From the NCBI GenBank assembly GCA_963816395.1, contig CAWFKQ010000016.1, forward strand, positions 256,001 through 320,000: a stretch of DNA of 64,000 nt, written 5' to 3'. Below the pieces are notes generated by a model, which did not search any database, was not told the DNA's origin, and worked only from the letters and a program-made list of their open reading frames with translations. Origin of the DNA: an uncultured delta proteobacterium. GTDB lineage: Bacteria > Desulfobacterota > Desulfuromonadia > Desulfuromonadales > JACZKF01. The position numbers and the translations under genes were made by a program. Shown piece by piece: positions 47,401-58,078 of this stretch. Position 1 is the first letter of the stretch. Each line of letters opens with the position of its first letter.

Positions 47401-47465
47401 CCGCAAGTTGCTTCAACTTCTCGCAATGCATCACGGGACAGACTGGTCTGAGCTGTACTATTCAT
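44463..47465 (-). CDS. Large NAD-specific glutamate dehydrogenase
   Basis: FSDIARGGWR, TQHLKNKDIYEGGSK, LGPDEN, GINHKEFGVTS, GGPGGDVAGN, EGAN, ANKCGVISSSYE. Confidence 0.9.
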   Translation of the reverse strand: MNSTAQTSLSRDALREVEATCGSAAENLRWLLDRMHVYFAITMQDEPAAVAALAIRLQQLRQERQLVLADRDNRLIVAKFNRFGSLYETLRSLRERKISYAQFTQSYGPIPGFEEELEVQRFDFDSKSHEEIAAAAAGKVVIPQGIRKAIKAAVNDHYPDFDPGQFDVLLRLIWLNNESYVRISPPKRVAQLLWMYHLSNLHGGIYFDVEESVDGEDRREYRIMFAAGNPPEFDFLAQTMEVFNRLKIGVRRAYCMNISNGIHPYFFGTFYVRSTYAELADKSSAVYENLRSELYNTQILATAKPTYRKFVIRGVMTGESASLINAVTAFCYSNLAHSQPDRYGFEDVERAFLSHPEMAHDMVRLFHARFKPGLQDRGALYPRILAELDQAIADYNTGHRYLDQTRRTVFRCALLFITRTLKTNFFVPEKQALAFRLDPAYLDELGTEFTADLPPERPFRVTFFYGRHGAGYHIGFSDIARGGWRTVLAHGWDDFVSNANTIFRENYVLAHTQHLKNKDIYEGGSKMVVLLDALDLKNREMVTRRLYKLQFGFINAFFDIFVTENGRAKDPRVVDYYGEDEAIELGPDENMHDSMVELIARQSVRRGYLLGIGVISSKKVGINHKEFGVTSTGVVKFAEVTMERLGIDVRRDAFSVKLTGGPGGDVAGNALRLLLERCPAVRINLILDGTGALCDPLGADSEALGRIVLKQDIEAFAPEALHPGGFLLYRNIRRTEGLRELFKKVVRTEGGLVEQWVTLDEFHREFDSLIFTVDADLFIPAGGRPETVDESNWRQFFDRDTDRPSMRAVVEGANSFITPAARVELQKRGVIIIRDASANKCGVISSSYEIIANLLMREKEFLAHKQRYVANVLQILEKRAEDEARLIFRRHQEFGGSKLYTEISAEISSEINAHYARLFNFFQENIGLSDEYLMRQAISAHLPQMIREMPKYRRRIKSLPAKYLAAIMASEIASSLVYRGDREADFMEMLKGHLQRNFAA

Positions 47466-47582
47466 TTGTGCCTCTTCCGCAGAGCTTCGGCTTTTGGCGT
47501 GGATAGGCACGGACCGCCTGAAGGATTACAACGGTGGGCCCACCAATTGCCACGACCTTAGCTGTATTGTGGAAAAGGAGAT

Positions 47583-47596
47583 TTGATCTATGTCAA
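47583..47596. promoter_or_regulatory. FNR/CRP-family-like box upstream of the glutamate dehydrogenase gene
   Basis: TTGAT-CTAT-GTCAA, 9/10 match to TTGAT-N4-ATCAA. Confidence 0.5.
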
Positions 47597-47759
47597 ACAA
47601 TCGGTGACAAACAACGAGTGCTGCAATCTGGTTCCGGGCGTCGCCTCCCGAAAATCAGAGTTGGCGTCTTTTTTCTTCATCATTTCCAATGGTTATGAAA
47701 TTATTCCGGCCTGCGGAAGTCGAGTAAAATAATAAACGGCACGGGTCAATTCGAGGAAT

Positions 47760-48524
47760 TTATGCCAGGAACAGATCGTAGCCGCACTTGAGCATCAGAA
47801 GGAGCAGAACGAACCTGAAGACGGGCACGACGACTCTGTCGGCATCCCTGATAACCAGGCCGCTGCCAAGCCAATTACCACAAACGGAGGCGATGATGGC
47901 AACCAGGGCGACGGGCCAGAAAATGCGCCCATGGAGCAGAAAGTAGATAAACGCGGAGACATTCGAAGCATAGTTGACAATCCGGGCATTGGCGCTGGCC
48001 TCACGGGTTCCCATGTGCAGGAAGATCAGAAATACGACCAGGAGGAAGGTTCCTGTCCCCGGGCCGAAAATCCCGTCATACCCGCCGATGAAAAAACCGG
48101 CTGCAAGGGCTCGAGAGACAGTCTGTTGACGGGTCAGCTCAGAATGTTCCAGCTGCGGCTTCATGTGTTTTGCCTGCAGATAAAGCAGGACCGGAATCAC
48201 GATCAGCAACAAGGTGAAGATCAGTCTGCGTGACAGGTAGGAGGAAAGAGAAGCGCCGATTGCCGAGCCCAGCAGTGCAGCAACGATCGCATAAACAACA
48301 GTTTGCCAAATGATTGTGCGATTTTTAACGTAGCGGAAAACGGCGAAGGTCGTGCCGGTGGAGCTGACGCACTTGTTGGTGCCCAATATCAATGAAGGAG
48401 GCATGCCCAGGGCTAAATAGGTAGGAACGGAGATCAACCCGCCCCCTCCGGCAATGGAATCGATAAATCCGGAAAAACCGATGAGGAAAAAGACGGTGAC
48501 ATACTGCCATATCTCAATTTTCAT
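47760..48524 (-). CDS. TSUP (TauE/SafE) family transporter
   Basis: [32 protein letters not shown]. Confidence 0.92.
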   Translation of the reverse strand: MKIEIWQYVTVFFLIGFSGFIDSIAGGGGLISVPTYLALGMPPSLILGTNKCVSSTGTTFAVFRYVKNRTIIWQTVVYAIVAALLGSAIGASLSSYLSRRLIFTLLLIVIPVLLYLQAKHMKPQLEHSELTRQQTVSRALAAGFFIGGYDGIFGPGTGTFLLVVFLIFLHMGTREASANARIVNYASNVSAFIYFLLHGRIFWPVALVAIIASVCGNWLGSGLVIRDADRVVVPVFRFVLLLLMLKCGYDLFLA

Positions 48525-50538
48525 GTGAGCCGACCTGTAAGTGGGGGAGACGGGGGGACCAGTTCACCGGGGTGATTCGCAGATATTTATCAGGTCGGCA
48601 AAGACTTTTCGTTGCGCCGCATTGCCGATGGCTGCAACCAGGTCGCCTGCGGTAAATCTGAAAATCGGCTTCCGGATTCGGTATGAACTTGCCCTGGCGG
48701 ATGACCCCCACGACCGAGACGCCGGTGCGGCTGCGAATTTCCAGTTCGCGCAGGGTGTGTTCTGTCAGGGGATTGTCAGCCGAAAGCCGCTCCCAGGACA
48801 ACTCCAGCAGGTCCTTGGCATTTTTCAGCTGCCTGATTTCCTGGTGCTCTTCCCGCGCTTCGGAGATCGGGTGATACAGCTCTCGGCGAATGGCATCGGT
48901 ATATTCCTGAATAACCGGAATTGGCATCTTCAGATGGAGAAGCGCCTGCCGGGCGATTTCCAGGCCGGCTTCCAACTCCGGGAGAATAACCATATAGACC
49001 CCCTGGGAATAAAGGGTCCTCATCTGCTCTTCCCCTTCAGCCCGGGCCACAATATTCAGCCCGGGATGGAAGTGACGCGCATGGCGGACGATGGTTTGCG
49101 TCTGGATAATTGCCGGAACGGTGATCAACAGCTGCTGGGCAAATTCAATTTTGGCCGCTTCCAGGACGATGCTCTGGCTGGCGTCGCCATAGATGGCCGG
49201 AAATCCGGAAGTCTTGCATTCTTCAAAGCGTTTGTGATTCGTCTCCACGATGACAAGAGGAACATCGAGCTGCTTTAATACCCTGGCGACATGCTGCCCG
49301 ACCCGTCCCCCCCCGGCAATGACCACATGTTCCCGCAGCCCCCCGCGAGGCAGATTGATCGTTTCAAGGATTTCATTTTTGAGAAGGCGCCGCCTCCAGG
49401 CGTAGAGCGGCGCCGTCAGGCCGGAGAACAAGGGAGTCAGGAACATGCTGATGATGGTCGCGGACAGCACGAAGGAGTAATTCTCCTGACTCAGGGCGCC
49501 GCTGCCAAACCCCACCTGGGCCAGCAGGAAAGAGAATTCGCCGATTTGAAACATTCCCAGGCCGACGGCCAGCGGGACCACGTTGCCATAACCGAAGCCC
49601 AGAGCCACAAGGGCCATGATCAGGCCTTTACCGACAGCTACCAGAAGGACCAGGGCCAGCACGCCGCTCCAGTGGGCCAGGAGGAAGCCGGGATCGAGCA
49701 GCATGCCGACTGAGGTGAAGAACAACAGTCCGAACAAGTCGCGCAAAGGGATAATATCGCTGAGCGCCTGGTGGCCGTAATCTGATTCACTGAGCACAAT
49801 CCCCGCAACAAAGGCCCCGAAGGCAAAGGAAAGGCCGGCCAGATAGGTGGCATAACCGATGCCGAGGCCAATGGCGGTTACGGAAAGCAGAAAAAGCTCC
49901 CGGGTATTCCACCTGGCGATAACGGCCAGCAGGCGCGGCAGCAGTTTGGTCCCGAGCAACAGCATCAGCGCTAAAAAGACCACGGATTTGAGGACAGCCA
50001 ACCCCAGGGCCGGCAGGCCGGCTTTCGGATCGCTCAACTGGGGGAGTAAGATCATCAGGGGAACGACAGCCAGGTCCTGGACGATGAGAATCCCAATCAT
50101 GACCCGGCTGGAAAGGGTTCCCATCACCCCCTGGTTCATCAGGGTTTTGAGGATCACCATGGTGCTGGAAAGGGAGATCAGCCCTCCCAGCCAGAGAGAG
50201 GGTACCCTGTCCCAGCCCAGCCAACGGCCGACGAAAAATCCATAGATGATGGTGGACAGGATCTGAAGGGGAGTTCCCAGCAGGGCGATGGAGCGCACCG
50301 GCTTCAACTCTTTCAGGGAAAATTCCAACCCCAGGGCAAACAGCAGCAGGGCAACGCCAATTTCCGCCAGTTTTTCGATCTCATGGATACCACCGACCGT
50401 AACCCCGCCGGTAAACGGGCCGATCAGCACACCGGCGAGGATATAGCCCAACATCAATGGCTGCTTTAATTTCTGGGCAACGAGGGCGCCGAGGAGGGCA
50501 GCAACGATAATAATGACGATATCGGCGGCTATTCCCAT
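48514..50538 (-). CDS. CPA2 (Kef-type) cation:proton antiporter with TrkA-N and TrkA-C domains; probable frameshift near the C-terminus
   Basis: [56 protein letters not shown]. Confidence 0.9.
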   Translation of the reverse strand: MGIAADIVIIIVAALLGALVAQKLKQPLMLGYILAGVLIGPFTGGVTVGGIHEIEKLAEIGVALLLFALGLEFSLKELKPVRSIALLGTPLQILSTIIYGFFVGRWLGWDRVPSLWLGGLISLSSTMVILKTLMNQGVMGTLSSRVMIGILIVQDLAVVPLMILLPQLSDPKAGLPALGLAVLKSVVFLALMLLLGTKLLPRLLAVIARWNTRELFLLSVTAIGLGIGYATYLAGLSFAFGAFVAGIVLSESDYGHQALSDIIPLRDLFGLLFFTSVGMLLDPGFLLAHWSGVLALVLLVAVGKGLIMALVALGFGYGNVVPLAVGLGMFQIGEFSFLLAQVGFGSGALSQENYSFVLSATIISMFLTPLFSGLTAPLYAWRRRLLKNEILETINLPRGGLREHVVIAGGGRVGQHVARVLKQLDVPLVIVETNHKRFEECKTSGFPAIYGDASQSIVLEAAKIEFAQQLLITVPAIIQTQTIVRHARHFHPGLNIVARAEGEEQMRTLYSQGVYMVILPELEAGLEIARQALLHLKMPIPVIQEYTDAIRRELYHPISEAREEHQEIRQLKNAKDLLELSWERLSADNPLTEHTLRELEIRSRTGVSVVGVIRQGKFIPNPEADFQIYRRRPGCSHRQCGATKSLCRPDKYLRITPVNWSPRLPHLQVGSHEN

Positions 50539-50891
50539 GGTTTATACAGAGCCCTTTACTGGTGGATACTTTTCTGGGTGTTTTTCAGGATCTAACCATA
50601 TATGGGTGAGCCGCACCAAGCATAAAAATTCTTTTAGATTTCTTTTGCCGGATGCCTGATGACCTCCCACCGCGAGACAGCTTTCGGCGCCGATGCTGCG
50701 CCGCGCCATCAAGTGGGCGGAGTGGATGGTCAAATAAAATGGCGCGAAGACTAATTTTTGTGCCGGGGCACGGGGAAATTTTCGATTCTTGAGGGGCGGT
50801 TCTCGAGGCGGTAACGGCTTCCGGGCTCAGGGAATCGGAGGAGAGGGCATGGACCTTCTGGCTGCCGGCGACCGCCGGCTCACGAGGGGCT

Positions 50892-51956
50892 TCAGGTGCC
50901 GCCCGGTTCTTCGCTGCCGCAGCCGCAGCCGGTGGGGCGGGGGAGAAAGGCCCGGACGAGGAGCAGCGCCAGGAGGATGGCGGCGCCGATCATGACCGGC
51001 CGATCGGCCGCGACGCCTGGACCGCTCATCCAGCGGGTGATGTCTGCGCCGCTCCAGGCATACAGGCGGTTGGTCAGCCACCCCAGCGCCAGGGAGCAGA
51101 CGGCGATGGAGAAAAGGTAGACGGCGGTGGCGGCCTTCCCCCAGAAACGGGCGACGACGGCGACCGTGGCCGTGTTGGTCGCTGGCCCCGCCAGCAGGAA
51201 GACCAGGGCGGCGCCGGGGGAGAGTCCCTTGAGGACCAGGGCGGCAGCGATCGGGGTGGAGGCGCTGGCGCAGATGTACAGGGGAATGCCGGCCAGCAGC
51301 ATGAGAAGCAGGGAGAGGCCCTCGTGCCCCAGGTAGCGGGTGAAAAAGTCGGCGGGAAGGAAGTAGGCGATCGCCCCGGCAACGGCGATGCCGAGCAGCA
51401 GCCAGCGGCCGATGTCGCTGAGCATTTCGCCGAAGGCGTAGCCCAGGCCGTCGCGCAGGCGGCGGGGCAGGGGAGGTTGCTCCGGGGCCGGCCCGGCGCA
51501 GCCGCAGGCCTCCGCCGGGGCGTCCGGAGAGGCCGACTTTTCCGGCAGGCGGTTGATCAGCAGCCCGGTGACGGTCGCGGTGATGAAGGCGGCCAGCGGC
51601 CGCACTACGGTCATGAGCGGGTCGAGCAGCGCCCAGGTGATGGCGATCGAGTCGATCCCGGTCTCCGGCACCGAGACCAGGAAGGCGGCCGAAGCGCCCT
51701 TGCTGGCTCCCTGCCGGCGCAGGCCGATGGCGGCGGGGATGACCCCGCAGGAGCAGAGCGGCAGGGGGATGCCGAACAGCGAGGCCTTCAGCACCGAGGC
51801 GGTGCTGTTCCGCCCCAGGTGGCGGGCCACGGCCGCCTCGGGAACCAGGGCCTTGAGCACCCCGGCGGCGAAGAAGCCGAACAGGATGTAGGGAGCCGAT
51901 TCAAGGAAAATCTGCCAGCACTCCAGGAGAATGCCGGAGAAAATGGTCAACAACAT
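50892..51956 (-). CDS. SO_0444-like/ArsP (DUF318) metal efflux permease
   Basis: PLPLCSCGVIP, PETG.DS, PLYICASASTP, GPATN. Confidence 0.88.
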   Translation of the reverse strand: MLLTIFSGILLECWQIFLESAPYILFGFFAAGVLKALVPEAAVARHLGRNSTASVLKASLFGIPLPLCSCGVIPAAIGLRRQGASKGASAAFLVSVPETGIDSIAITWALLDPLMTVVRPLAAFITATVTGLLINRLPEKSASPDAPAEACGCAGPAPEQPPLPRRLRDGLGYAFGEMLSDIGRWLLLGIAVAGAIAYFLPADFFTRYLGHEGLSLLLMLLAGIPLYICASASTPIAAALVLKGLSPGAALVFLLAGPATNTATVAVVARFWGKAATAVYLFSIAVCSLALGWLTNRLYAWSGADITRWMSGPGVAADRPVMIGAAILLALLLVRAFLPRPTGCGCGSEEPGGT

Positions 51957-52316
51957 TTACTTCTCCCTTGCCGCGACATAGCGCCCCCCCTCCGCCAGGA
52001 GGCTCCGCAGGTGGCCGGCGGCGAGGCTGTAGAAGGCCATCTTGCCGTCCCGGCGGCAGCGCACCAGGCCGGCCGTGCGCAGCAGCCGCAGTTGGTGGGA
52101 GACCGCCGAGGGGGTCGACTCGAGCAGCGCCGCCAGATCGCAGACGCACATTTCCGTCGTCGCCAGCGCCTGCAGCAGGCGCAGCCGGCTGCCGTCCCCC
52201 AGCAGCTTGAACAAATCGGCCATCTTTGCCAGGGCATCCGCCGCCGGCATCGCCGTCCGGGCAGCGGCGATCAGATCCTGATGAAAAACAGTCGCCTGGC
52301 AGATGTCCTGGTCCAT
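51957..52316 (-). CDS. ArsR/SmtB-family metal-sensing repressor
   Basis: FKLLGDGSRLRLL, EMCVCDLA, SAVSHQLRLLR, N-terminal Cys. Confidence 0.92.
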   Translation of the reverse strand: MDQDICQATVFHQDLIAAARTAMPAADALAKMADLFKLLGDGSRLRLLQALATTEMCVCDLAALLESTPSAVSHQLRLLRTAGLVRCRRDGKMAFYSLAAGHLRSLLAEGGRYVAAREK

Positions 52317-52329
52317 AATGTCTCATGCC

Positions 52330-52353
52330 TCATATGAGCAGATGTTCAAATGA
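52330..52353. promoter_or_regulatory. SmtB/CadC-type inverted-repeat operator
   Basis: TCATATGAGCA-GA-TGTTCAAATGA directly upstream of the ArsR gene. Confidence 0.75.
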
Positions 52354-52514
52354 TAATACCCCATGCCCTCCGGCGGGGCAAGCTTGCTTTTTCGGCCCGG
52401 GACCTATCCCGCCTCGCCAAAATCGGAACGGCACCCGATGCACCTTTCCCTTTGAATCTCGCCGCCGGTATTGCTAAGGTAGGCCCGGAACGCCATGCCG
52501 GAGGAAAACCGCTG

Positions 52515-52988
52515 ATGAGCCAAACGGAAAAAATCGTCGAAATCTTCTCCGACGGCGCCTGTTCGGGGAATCCGGGCCCCGGCGGGTGGGGGACGATCCT
52601 GCGCTGGGAGGAAAAGGTGCGGGAACTCTCCGGCTTCGAGCCGCAGACGACCAACAACCGCATGGAGCTGATGGCGGCGATCGCCGGCCTGGAAGCTCTC
52701 AAGCGCCCCTGCCGGGTAAAGCTGACCACCGACTCGGAGTACCTGAAGAAGGGCATCACCGAGTGGATCGAGGGCTGGGTGCGCCGGGGTTGGAAGAACT
52801 CCCAGAAGAAGGACGTCGCCAACCGCGACCTGTGGGAGCGGCTGCTGGAGCTGACCCGCCGCCATCAGGTGAGATGGCATTGGGTGCGCGGCCACGCCGG
52901 GCATGCCGAGAACGAGCGCTGTGACGAACTGGCCCGGGCCGCCATTAAGAGCGGACGAGGCAAGGTGCAGGGCGGACAGCCCACATAG
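52515..52988 (+). CDS. rnhA: Ribonuclease HI
   Basis: [46 protein letters not shown]. Confidence 0.97.
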   Translation: MSQTEKIVEIFSDGACSGNPGPGGWGTILRWEEKVRELSGFEPQTTNNRMELMAAIAGLEALKRPCRVKLTTDSEYLKKGITEWIEGWVRRGWKNSQKKDVANRDLWERLLELTRRHQVRWHWVRGHAGHAENERCDELARAAIKSGRGKVQGGQPT

Positions 52989-53140
52989 AGTTATAAGGAA
53001 GCTAATTTAATCCTTCATGGACAGGCGCCGAATCTGTGGTAATCTAATGTTCGTATGCCAACCCTTCGAATGATTCCGCGGGGTTGTTTTATTATCCGGC
53101 CGCTGTTGGTCGGTGCGTTCCACAGGCTGACGAGCTGCCC

Positions 53141-53596
53141 ATGCCTTTCTCCGGACCTCCAGCACCACTGCCATCCGTCCCGCCCGGCGGGGAAGCCGCC
53201 CCGTCGGCCGCTTCCCTGCTCTCCCTCGGCCTTTATGCCGGCATCGCCGTGGTCCTCATCCTCCTGCTCCTTTTCCTCGCCTGGTGGCTGGGCAACAAAA
53301 CCAGCAGCCAGGTCAAGGGAGAGCCTTACGAGTCCGGGGTGCTCCCCACCGGTCAGGCCCGCCTGTCCGAGCCGGTTCCCTTCTACCTGGTGGCCATCTT
53401 CTTCATCGTCTTCGACGTGGAGATGATCTTCGTCGTCTCCTGGGCCGTGGCCTACGACCTGCTCGGCTGGAACGGCTTTCTCAACGTCGCCTTCTTCATC
53501 CTCATCCTGTTCGTCGGGCTGGTCCACCTGTGGAAGACCGGCGGCCTCGACTGGGGTCCCGGGGCCGGCCGCCGCCGGCGGGAGAGGAGCGGATGA
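53141..53596 (+). CDS. nuoA: NADH-quinone oxidoreductase subunit A
   Basis: [24 protein letters not shown]. Confidence 0.93.
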   Translation: MPFSGPPAPLPSVPPGGEAAPSAASLLSLGLYAGIAVVLILLLLFLAWWLGNKTSSQVKGEPYESGVLPTGQARLSEPVPFYLVAIFFIVFDVEMIFVVSWAVAYDLLGWNGFLNVAFFILILFVGLVHLWKTGGLDWGPGAGRRRRERSG

Positions 53597-55982
53597 GCGA
53601 GGAGATTCCCGACAACGTCCTGCTCACCAGCCTCGACGACCTCATCAACTGGGGGCGGGCGAACAGCCTCTGGCCGATGTTCTTCGGCCTCTCCTGCTGC
53701 TTCGTCGAGATGATGACCAGCATGACCCCGCGCCACGACCTGGCCCGCTTCGGCGCCGAGGTCCTGCGCCCCTCGCCGCGCGAGGCCGACCTGATGGTCA
53801 TCTCCGGCACCCCCTTCAAGAAGATGGGCGCCTCCATCCTGCGCCTCTACGAGCAGATGGCCAACCCCAAGTGGGTGGTTTCCATGGGCAGCTGCGCCAA
53901 CTCGGGCGGCATGTACGACGTCTACTCGGTCATCCAGGGGGTGAACCAGATCCTGCCGGTCGACGTCTACATCCCCGGCTGCCCGCCGCGGCCGGAGGCG
54001 TTCATGGAAGGGATTCTGCTGCTGCGCGACAAGATCCTGCGCCAGGAGCGCCCGGCGCGCAAGGTCCTGCACCTGCGCGGCGGCAGCGAGGGGACGACCG
54101 CCCCGGTGCTGGTGGACGGCGTCAGCAAGAGCCGCGACACCCGCGGCCCCGGCTACGGCAACGCCCCGATCCGCGGCACCTCCCTGCAGCACCCCCGCTT
54201 CTGGCAGAGCCGCTCGGAGATCATGTGGCGGCCGCCGCAGCCGCGGGTCGAATTCCCCCCCTCCACCCCCGATCTGCAACGGGCGGTGCGCGAGCGCTTC
54301 GGCGAGCGGGTGCGGGAGGCGGAGGCCGCCGACATGCCGACCCTGATCGCCTCCCCCGAGGACGCCCCCGCCCTGCTGCGCTTCCTCAAGACCGAGGCGC
54401 CGAAGCGCTTCCGCCGCCTGGAAGATCTGACCGCCGTCGACGAGCGCCTGCGCAAGCACCCGGTGGACGCCGACTTCACCCTGGTCTATCACCTGCTCTG
54501 CTTCGACGACCCCGGCTACCTGCGGGTGAAGGTCCCCCTGCGCGGCGAATATCCCGAGCCGTGCCGAGCATCACCGATATCTGGCCGGCCGCCGAATGGT
54601 ACGAGCGGGAGGTCTTCGACATGTTCGGCATCCGCTTCGCCGGCCACCCCGACCTGCGCCGCATCCTCATGCCGGAATGCTGGCAGGGGCATCCCCTGCG
54701 CAAGGAGCACCCCTTCCGCGGCACCGAGATGCCCCCCTATACGGCGGCGACCGCCGCCCTGATGGAGCCGCGGCCGGCCGACCAGTACTTCAAGGGGCAG
54801 CCGGTGCCGCCGGGGGAGCGAGGCGATGCTCCTCAACATCGGTCCGCAGCACCCCGGCACGCACGGCGTGCTGCGGCAGATCCTCAAGCTGCGCGGCGAG
54901 GAGATCGTCGATATCGATTCCGACATCGGCTATCACCACCGGGCGGCGGAGAAGATGGGGGAGCGCCAGCACTGGAACCAGTACATCCCCTACACCGACC
55001 GGATCGATTATCTCTCCGGCGTGCTCAACAACCTGGCCTACCTGCACCCGGTGGAGACCATGCTCGGGGTGGAGGTGCCGCCGCGCGCCCGTCTATGCGC
55101 GCATCATGCTCTGCGAGCTGTTCCGCATCGCCAACCACCTGGTCTGGCTCGGCACCTACGGCCACGACATCGGCGCCATGACCCCGGTCTTCTACGCCTT
55201 CGATTCGCGGGAGAAGATCTTCGACATCGTCGAGATGATCACCGGCGGCCGCATGCACCCCTCCTGGTTCCGCATCGGCGGCCTGCCCGCCGACCTGCCC
55301 GACGGCTGGAAGCAGGCGGTGGACGCCTTCACCGAAGGGTTTCGAGAAGCGCCTGCGGGAATTCGACCTGCTGCTGACCGACGGCCCCATCTTCCGCGCC
55401 CGCACCGAAGGGGTCGGGGCGATCAGCCTGGAGCGAGGCCATCGACTGGGGGATCTCCGGGCCGAACCTGCGCGCCTGCGGCTTCGCCTGGGACCTGCGG
55501 CGGGCATGCCCTACGGCGGCTATCCGGAATTCGATTTCGAGGTCGCCACCGCCACCGGCGGCGACTGCTTCGCCCGCTACCAGGTGCGCATGGAGGAGAT
55601 GCGGCAGAGCCTGCGCATCGTCCGCCAGGCGGCGGCGAACATGCCGGGCGGCCGCTGGGTGACCGACGACTACCGCTATGTCATGCCCAAGCGGGAGGAC
55701 ATGCTCAACGACATCGAGAGCCTGATCCACCACTTCATCAACGTCACCCGCGGCATGGCGCCGCCGGTGGGGGAATGCTACCGGGCGATCGAGTCGGCCA
55801 AGGGGGAATGCGGCTACTACGCCGTCAGCGACGGGGAGAACATCCCCTACCGGATGCGCATCCGCACCCCGTCCTTCCCGCACATGCAGGCGCTGCCGCT
55901 GATGGCCCGCGGCTGGCTGGTGGCCGACCTGATCACCATATTGGGTTCGGTCGATTTCGTATTGGCGGATTTGGACAGGTAA
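53593..55982 (+). CDS. nuoBCD: Fused NADH-quinone oxidoreductase subunits B/C/D; frameshifted
   Basis: [24 protein letters not shown] (B); [15 protein letters not shown] (C); [24 protein letters not shown] (D). Confidence 0.9.
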
Positions 55983-55985
55983 CAG

Positions 55986-56053
55986 GGCGGCCCGCGTCGG
56001 ATCCGACCGATCGGACGGATTGGACCGATCCGACAGATCGGATGCGGGCCGCC
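55986..56053. repeat. Nonamer tandem repeats inside a 13-bp inverted repeat
   Basis: GGCGGCCCGCGTC...CCGACCGAT CGGACGGAT TGGACCGAT CCGACAGAT...GATGCGGGCCGCC. Confidence 0.8.
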
Positions 56054-56060
56054 GGTTGAG

Positions 56061-56565
56061 GTGAACTTGAATATACTGCTGACTGAATCCCAACTTGACG
56101 ACTTCCGCACCCGCGCCGCGGAGATGCCGCATCCGCGCGAGCTGGTGATCGACGTCCTGCGGGCGATCCAGGGCAACCACGGCTGGGTGCCGGACGAGGG
56201 GGTGGAGCTGGCCGGCGGACATCCTCGGCCTCTCGCCGCTGCAGGTGGAGGAGATCGCCACCTTCTACGACAAGATCTACCGGCAGCCGGTCGGCCGGCG
56301 GGTGATCCACGTCTGCGACTCGGTCTGCTGCTGGAGCCGGGGGGCGGAGGAGATCTACAACTACCTGCAGGAGAAACTCGGCGTCGCGCCCGGCGGCACC
56401 ACCGCCGACGGCGTCTTCACCCTGCTGCCCACCTGCTGCCTGGGGGCCTGCGGCGAGGCGCCGGCGATGATGATCGGCCTGACCACCTACGGGAATCTGA
56501 CGCGGGAGCGGGTGGATGAGATCCTGGAGCTGGAGCGCGGGAATTTAGCCAATGAGAATCCATAA
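56061..56565 (+). CDS. nuoE: NADH-quinone oxidoreductase subunit E; frameshifted
   Basis: IATFY, VCDSVCC, CLGAC.EAP. Confidence 0.92.
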
Positions 56566-56567
56566 GC

Positions 56568-56668
56568 TTTCAACGCAAAGAACGCCAAGAAAAAATGCAA
56601 GGCGCAGAGAAAACCTATGTCAGCTTTTACTTGGCGCCTTTGCGGACCTTAGCGTCTTTGCGTTGAAA
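56568..56668. repeat. Inverted-repeat element with perfect 14-bp termini
   Basis: TTTCAACGCAAAGA ... TCTTTGCGTTGAAA. Confidence 0.85.
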
Positions 56669-56694
56669 AAGCCTTTCTGCTTTCGGTGTCCATT

Positions 56695-57972
56695 ATGACC
56701 GAGACCCCGCAGCTCCTGTTCAAGAACCGCCGCCCCGGCGAGACCGCCTTCCTGGCGGAATACCGCAAAACCGGCGGCTACGAGGGGCTGCGCAAGGCGC
56801 TCAAGGAGATGAGCCCGGCCGAGGTGCGCGAGACGGTGAAGGCCTCGGGACTGCGCGGCCGCGGCGGCGCCGGTTTTCCCACCGGCGTCAAGTGGTCCTT
56901 CTTCCCGGCCGACAAGCCGGGGGAGAAGTACCTGGTGTGCAACGCCGACGAGATGGAGCCGGGGACCTACAAGGACCGGGAGATCCTGCTCGCCGACCCG
57001 CACCAGCTGGTGGAGGGGATGGTGGTCGCCGCCTATGCCCTGCAGGCGCCGGTCGGCTACATTTTCATCCGCTACGCCTACGAGCAATGCGCGCGCAACC
57101 TGGAGCGGGCCATCGCCGAGGCGAAGGAGGCGGGGCTGCTGGGCAAGGACATCCTCGGCTCCGGCTTCTGCCTGCGAACTGGTCGTGCACCGCAGCGCCG
57201 GCCGCTATATCTGCGGCGAGGAGACCGCCCTGCTCAACGCCCTGGAGGGGAAGCGGGCCAATCCCCGCGCCAAGCCTCCCTTTCCGGCGGTGCGCGGGCT
57301 GTTCGACAAGCCGACGACAGTGAACAACGTCGAGACGCTGGCCAGCGTGCCGCACATCATCGCCGGCGGCGCCGCCTGGTTCAAGGGGCTGGCCGCCACC
57401 GCCAAGGGGGCCGGCACCAAGCTCTACGGCCTCTCCGGGCACCTGGAGCGGACCGAATGCCACGAGCTGCCCATCGGCACCACCCTGCGGGAGATCGTGG
57501 AGAGATACGGCGGCGGCGTCTGGCAGGGGCGCCGCTTCAAGGCCTGCCTTCCCGGCGGCGCCTCCACCCCCTACCTGACCGCCGCCCACCTCGACGTCCC
57601 CCTCGATTTCGAGCCGCTGGAGGCGGTGGAGAGCCGGCTGGGGACCGGCGGGGTGACGGTCTTCGACGAGACCACCTGCATGGTCGAGGCGACCCTCAAC
57701 CTCAACAACTTCTTCGCCCGGGAGAGCTGCGGCTGGTGCACTCCCTGCCGCGACGGGCTGCCCTTCGTCTCCTGGCTGCTGCGCAAGATCGAGCGGGGGC
57801 AGGGGACGATGGAGGATATCGACATCATCCGCGACCAGATCAAAAATATCACCGGCACCACCTTCTGCGCCCTCGCCCAGGGCGCGGTCGGCCCCCTGGA
57901 GAGCCTGCTGCGGCTGTTCGGGGACGAGGTGGAGGATCATGTGAAGAAGGGCGGTGCCCGTTGAAAGGCTGA
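56695..57972 (+). CDS. nuoF: NADH-quinone oxidoreductase subunit F; frameshifted
   Basis: [43 protein letters not shown]. Confidence 0.95.
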   Translation: MTETPQLLFKNRRPGETAFLAEYRKTGGYEGLRKALKEMSPAEVRETVKASGLRGRGGAGFPTGVKWSFFPADKPGEKYLVCNADEMEPGTYKDREILLADPHQLVEGMVVAAYALQAPVGYIFIRYAYEQCARNLERAIAEAKEAGLLGKDILGSGFCLRTGRAPQRRPLYLRRGDRPAQRPGGEAGQSPRQASLSGGARAVRQADDSEQRRDAGQRAAHHRRRRRLVQGAGRHRQGGRHQALRPLRAPGADRMPRAAHRHHPAGDRGEIRRRRLAGAPLQGLPSRRRLHPLPDRRPPRRPPRFRAAGGGGEPAGDRRGDGLRRDHLHGRGDPQPQQLLRPGELRLVHSLPRRAALRLLAAAQDRAGAGDDGGYRHHPRPDQKYHRHHLLRPRPGRGRPPGEPAAAVRGRGGGSCEEGRCPLKG

Positions 57973-58066
57973 AAGGCGTGAAGAGTAATTGTGATGAGTA
58001 ATCTGTTATGAAAGGGCTTGTCCTATCACTATTACACATCACACATTACGCACCACATATACGCAC
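57961..58066. repeat. Degenerate heptamer repeat arms between nuoF and nuoG
   Basis: TGAAAGGC TGAAAGGC GTGAAGA GTAATTG TGATGA GTAAT ... TATTACA CATCACA CATTACG CACCACA. Confidence 0.6.
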
Positions 58067-58078
58067 CTGGAATTACGA

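Noticed and set aside
53593..55982. NuoB/C/D triple fusion as a novelty
   Set aside because: From memory, already known in the second nuo cluster of Geobacter-type genomes
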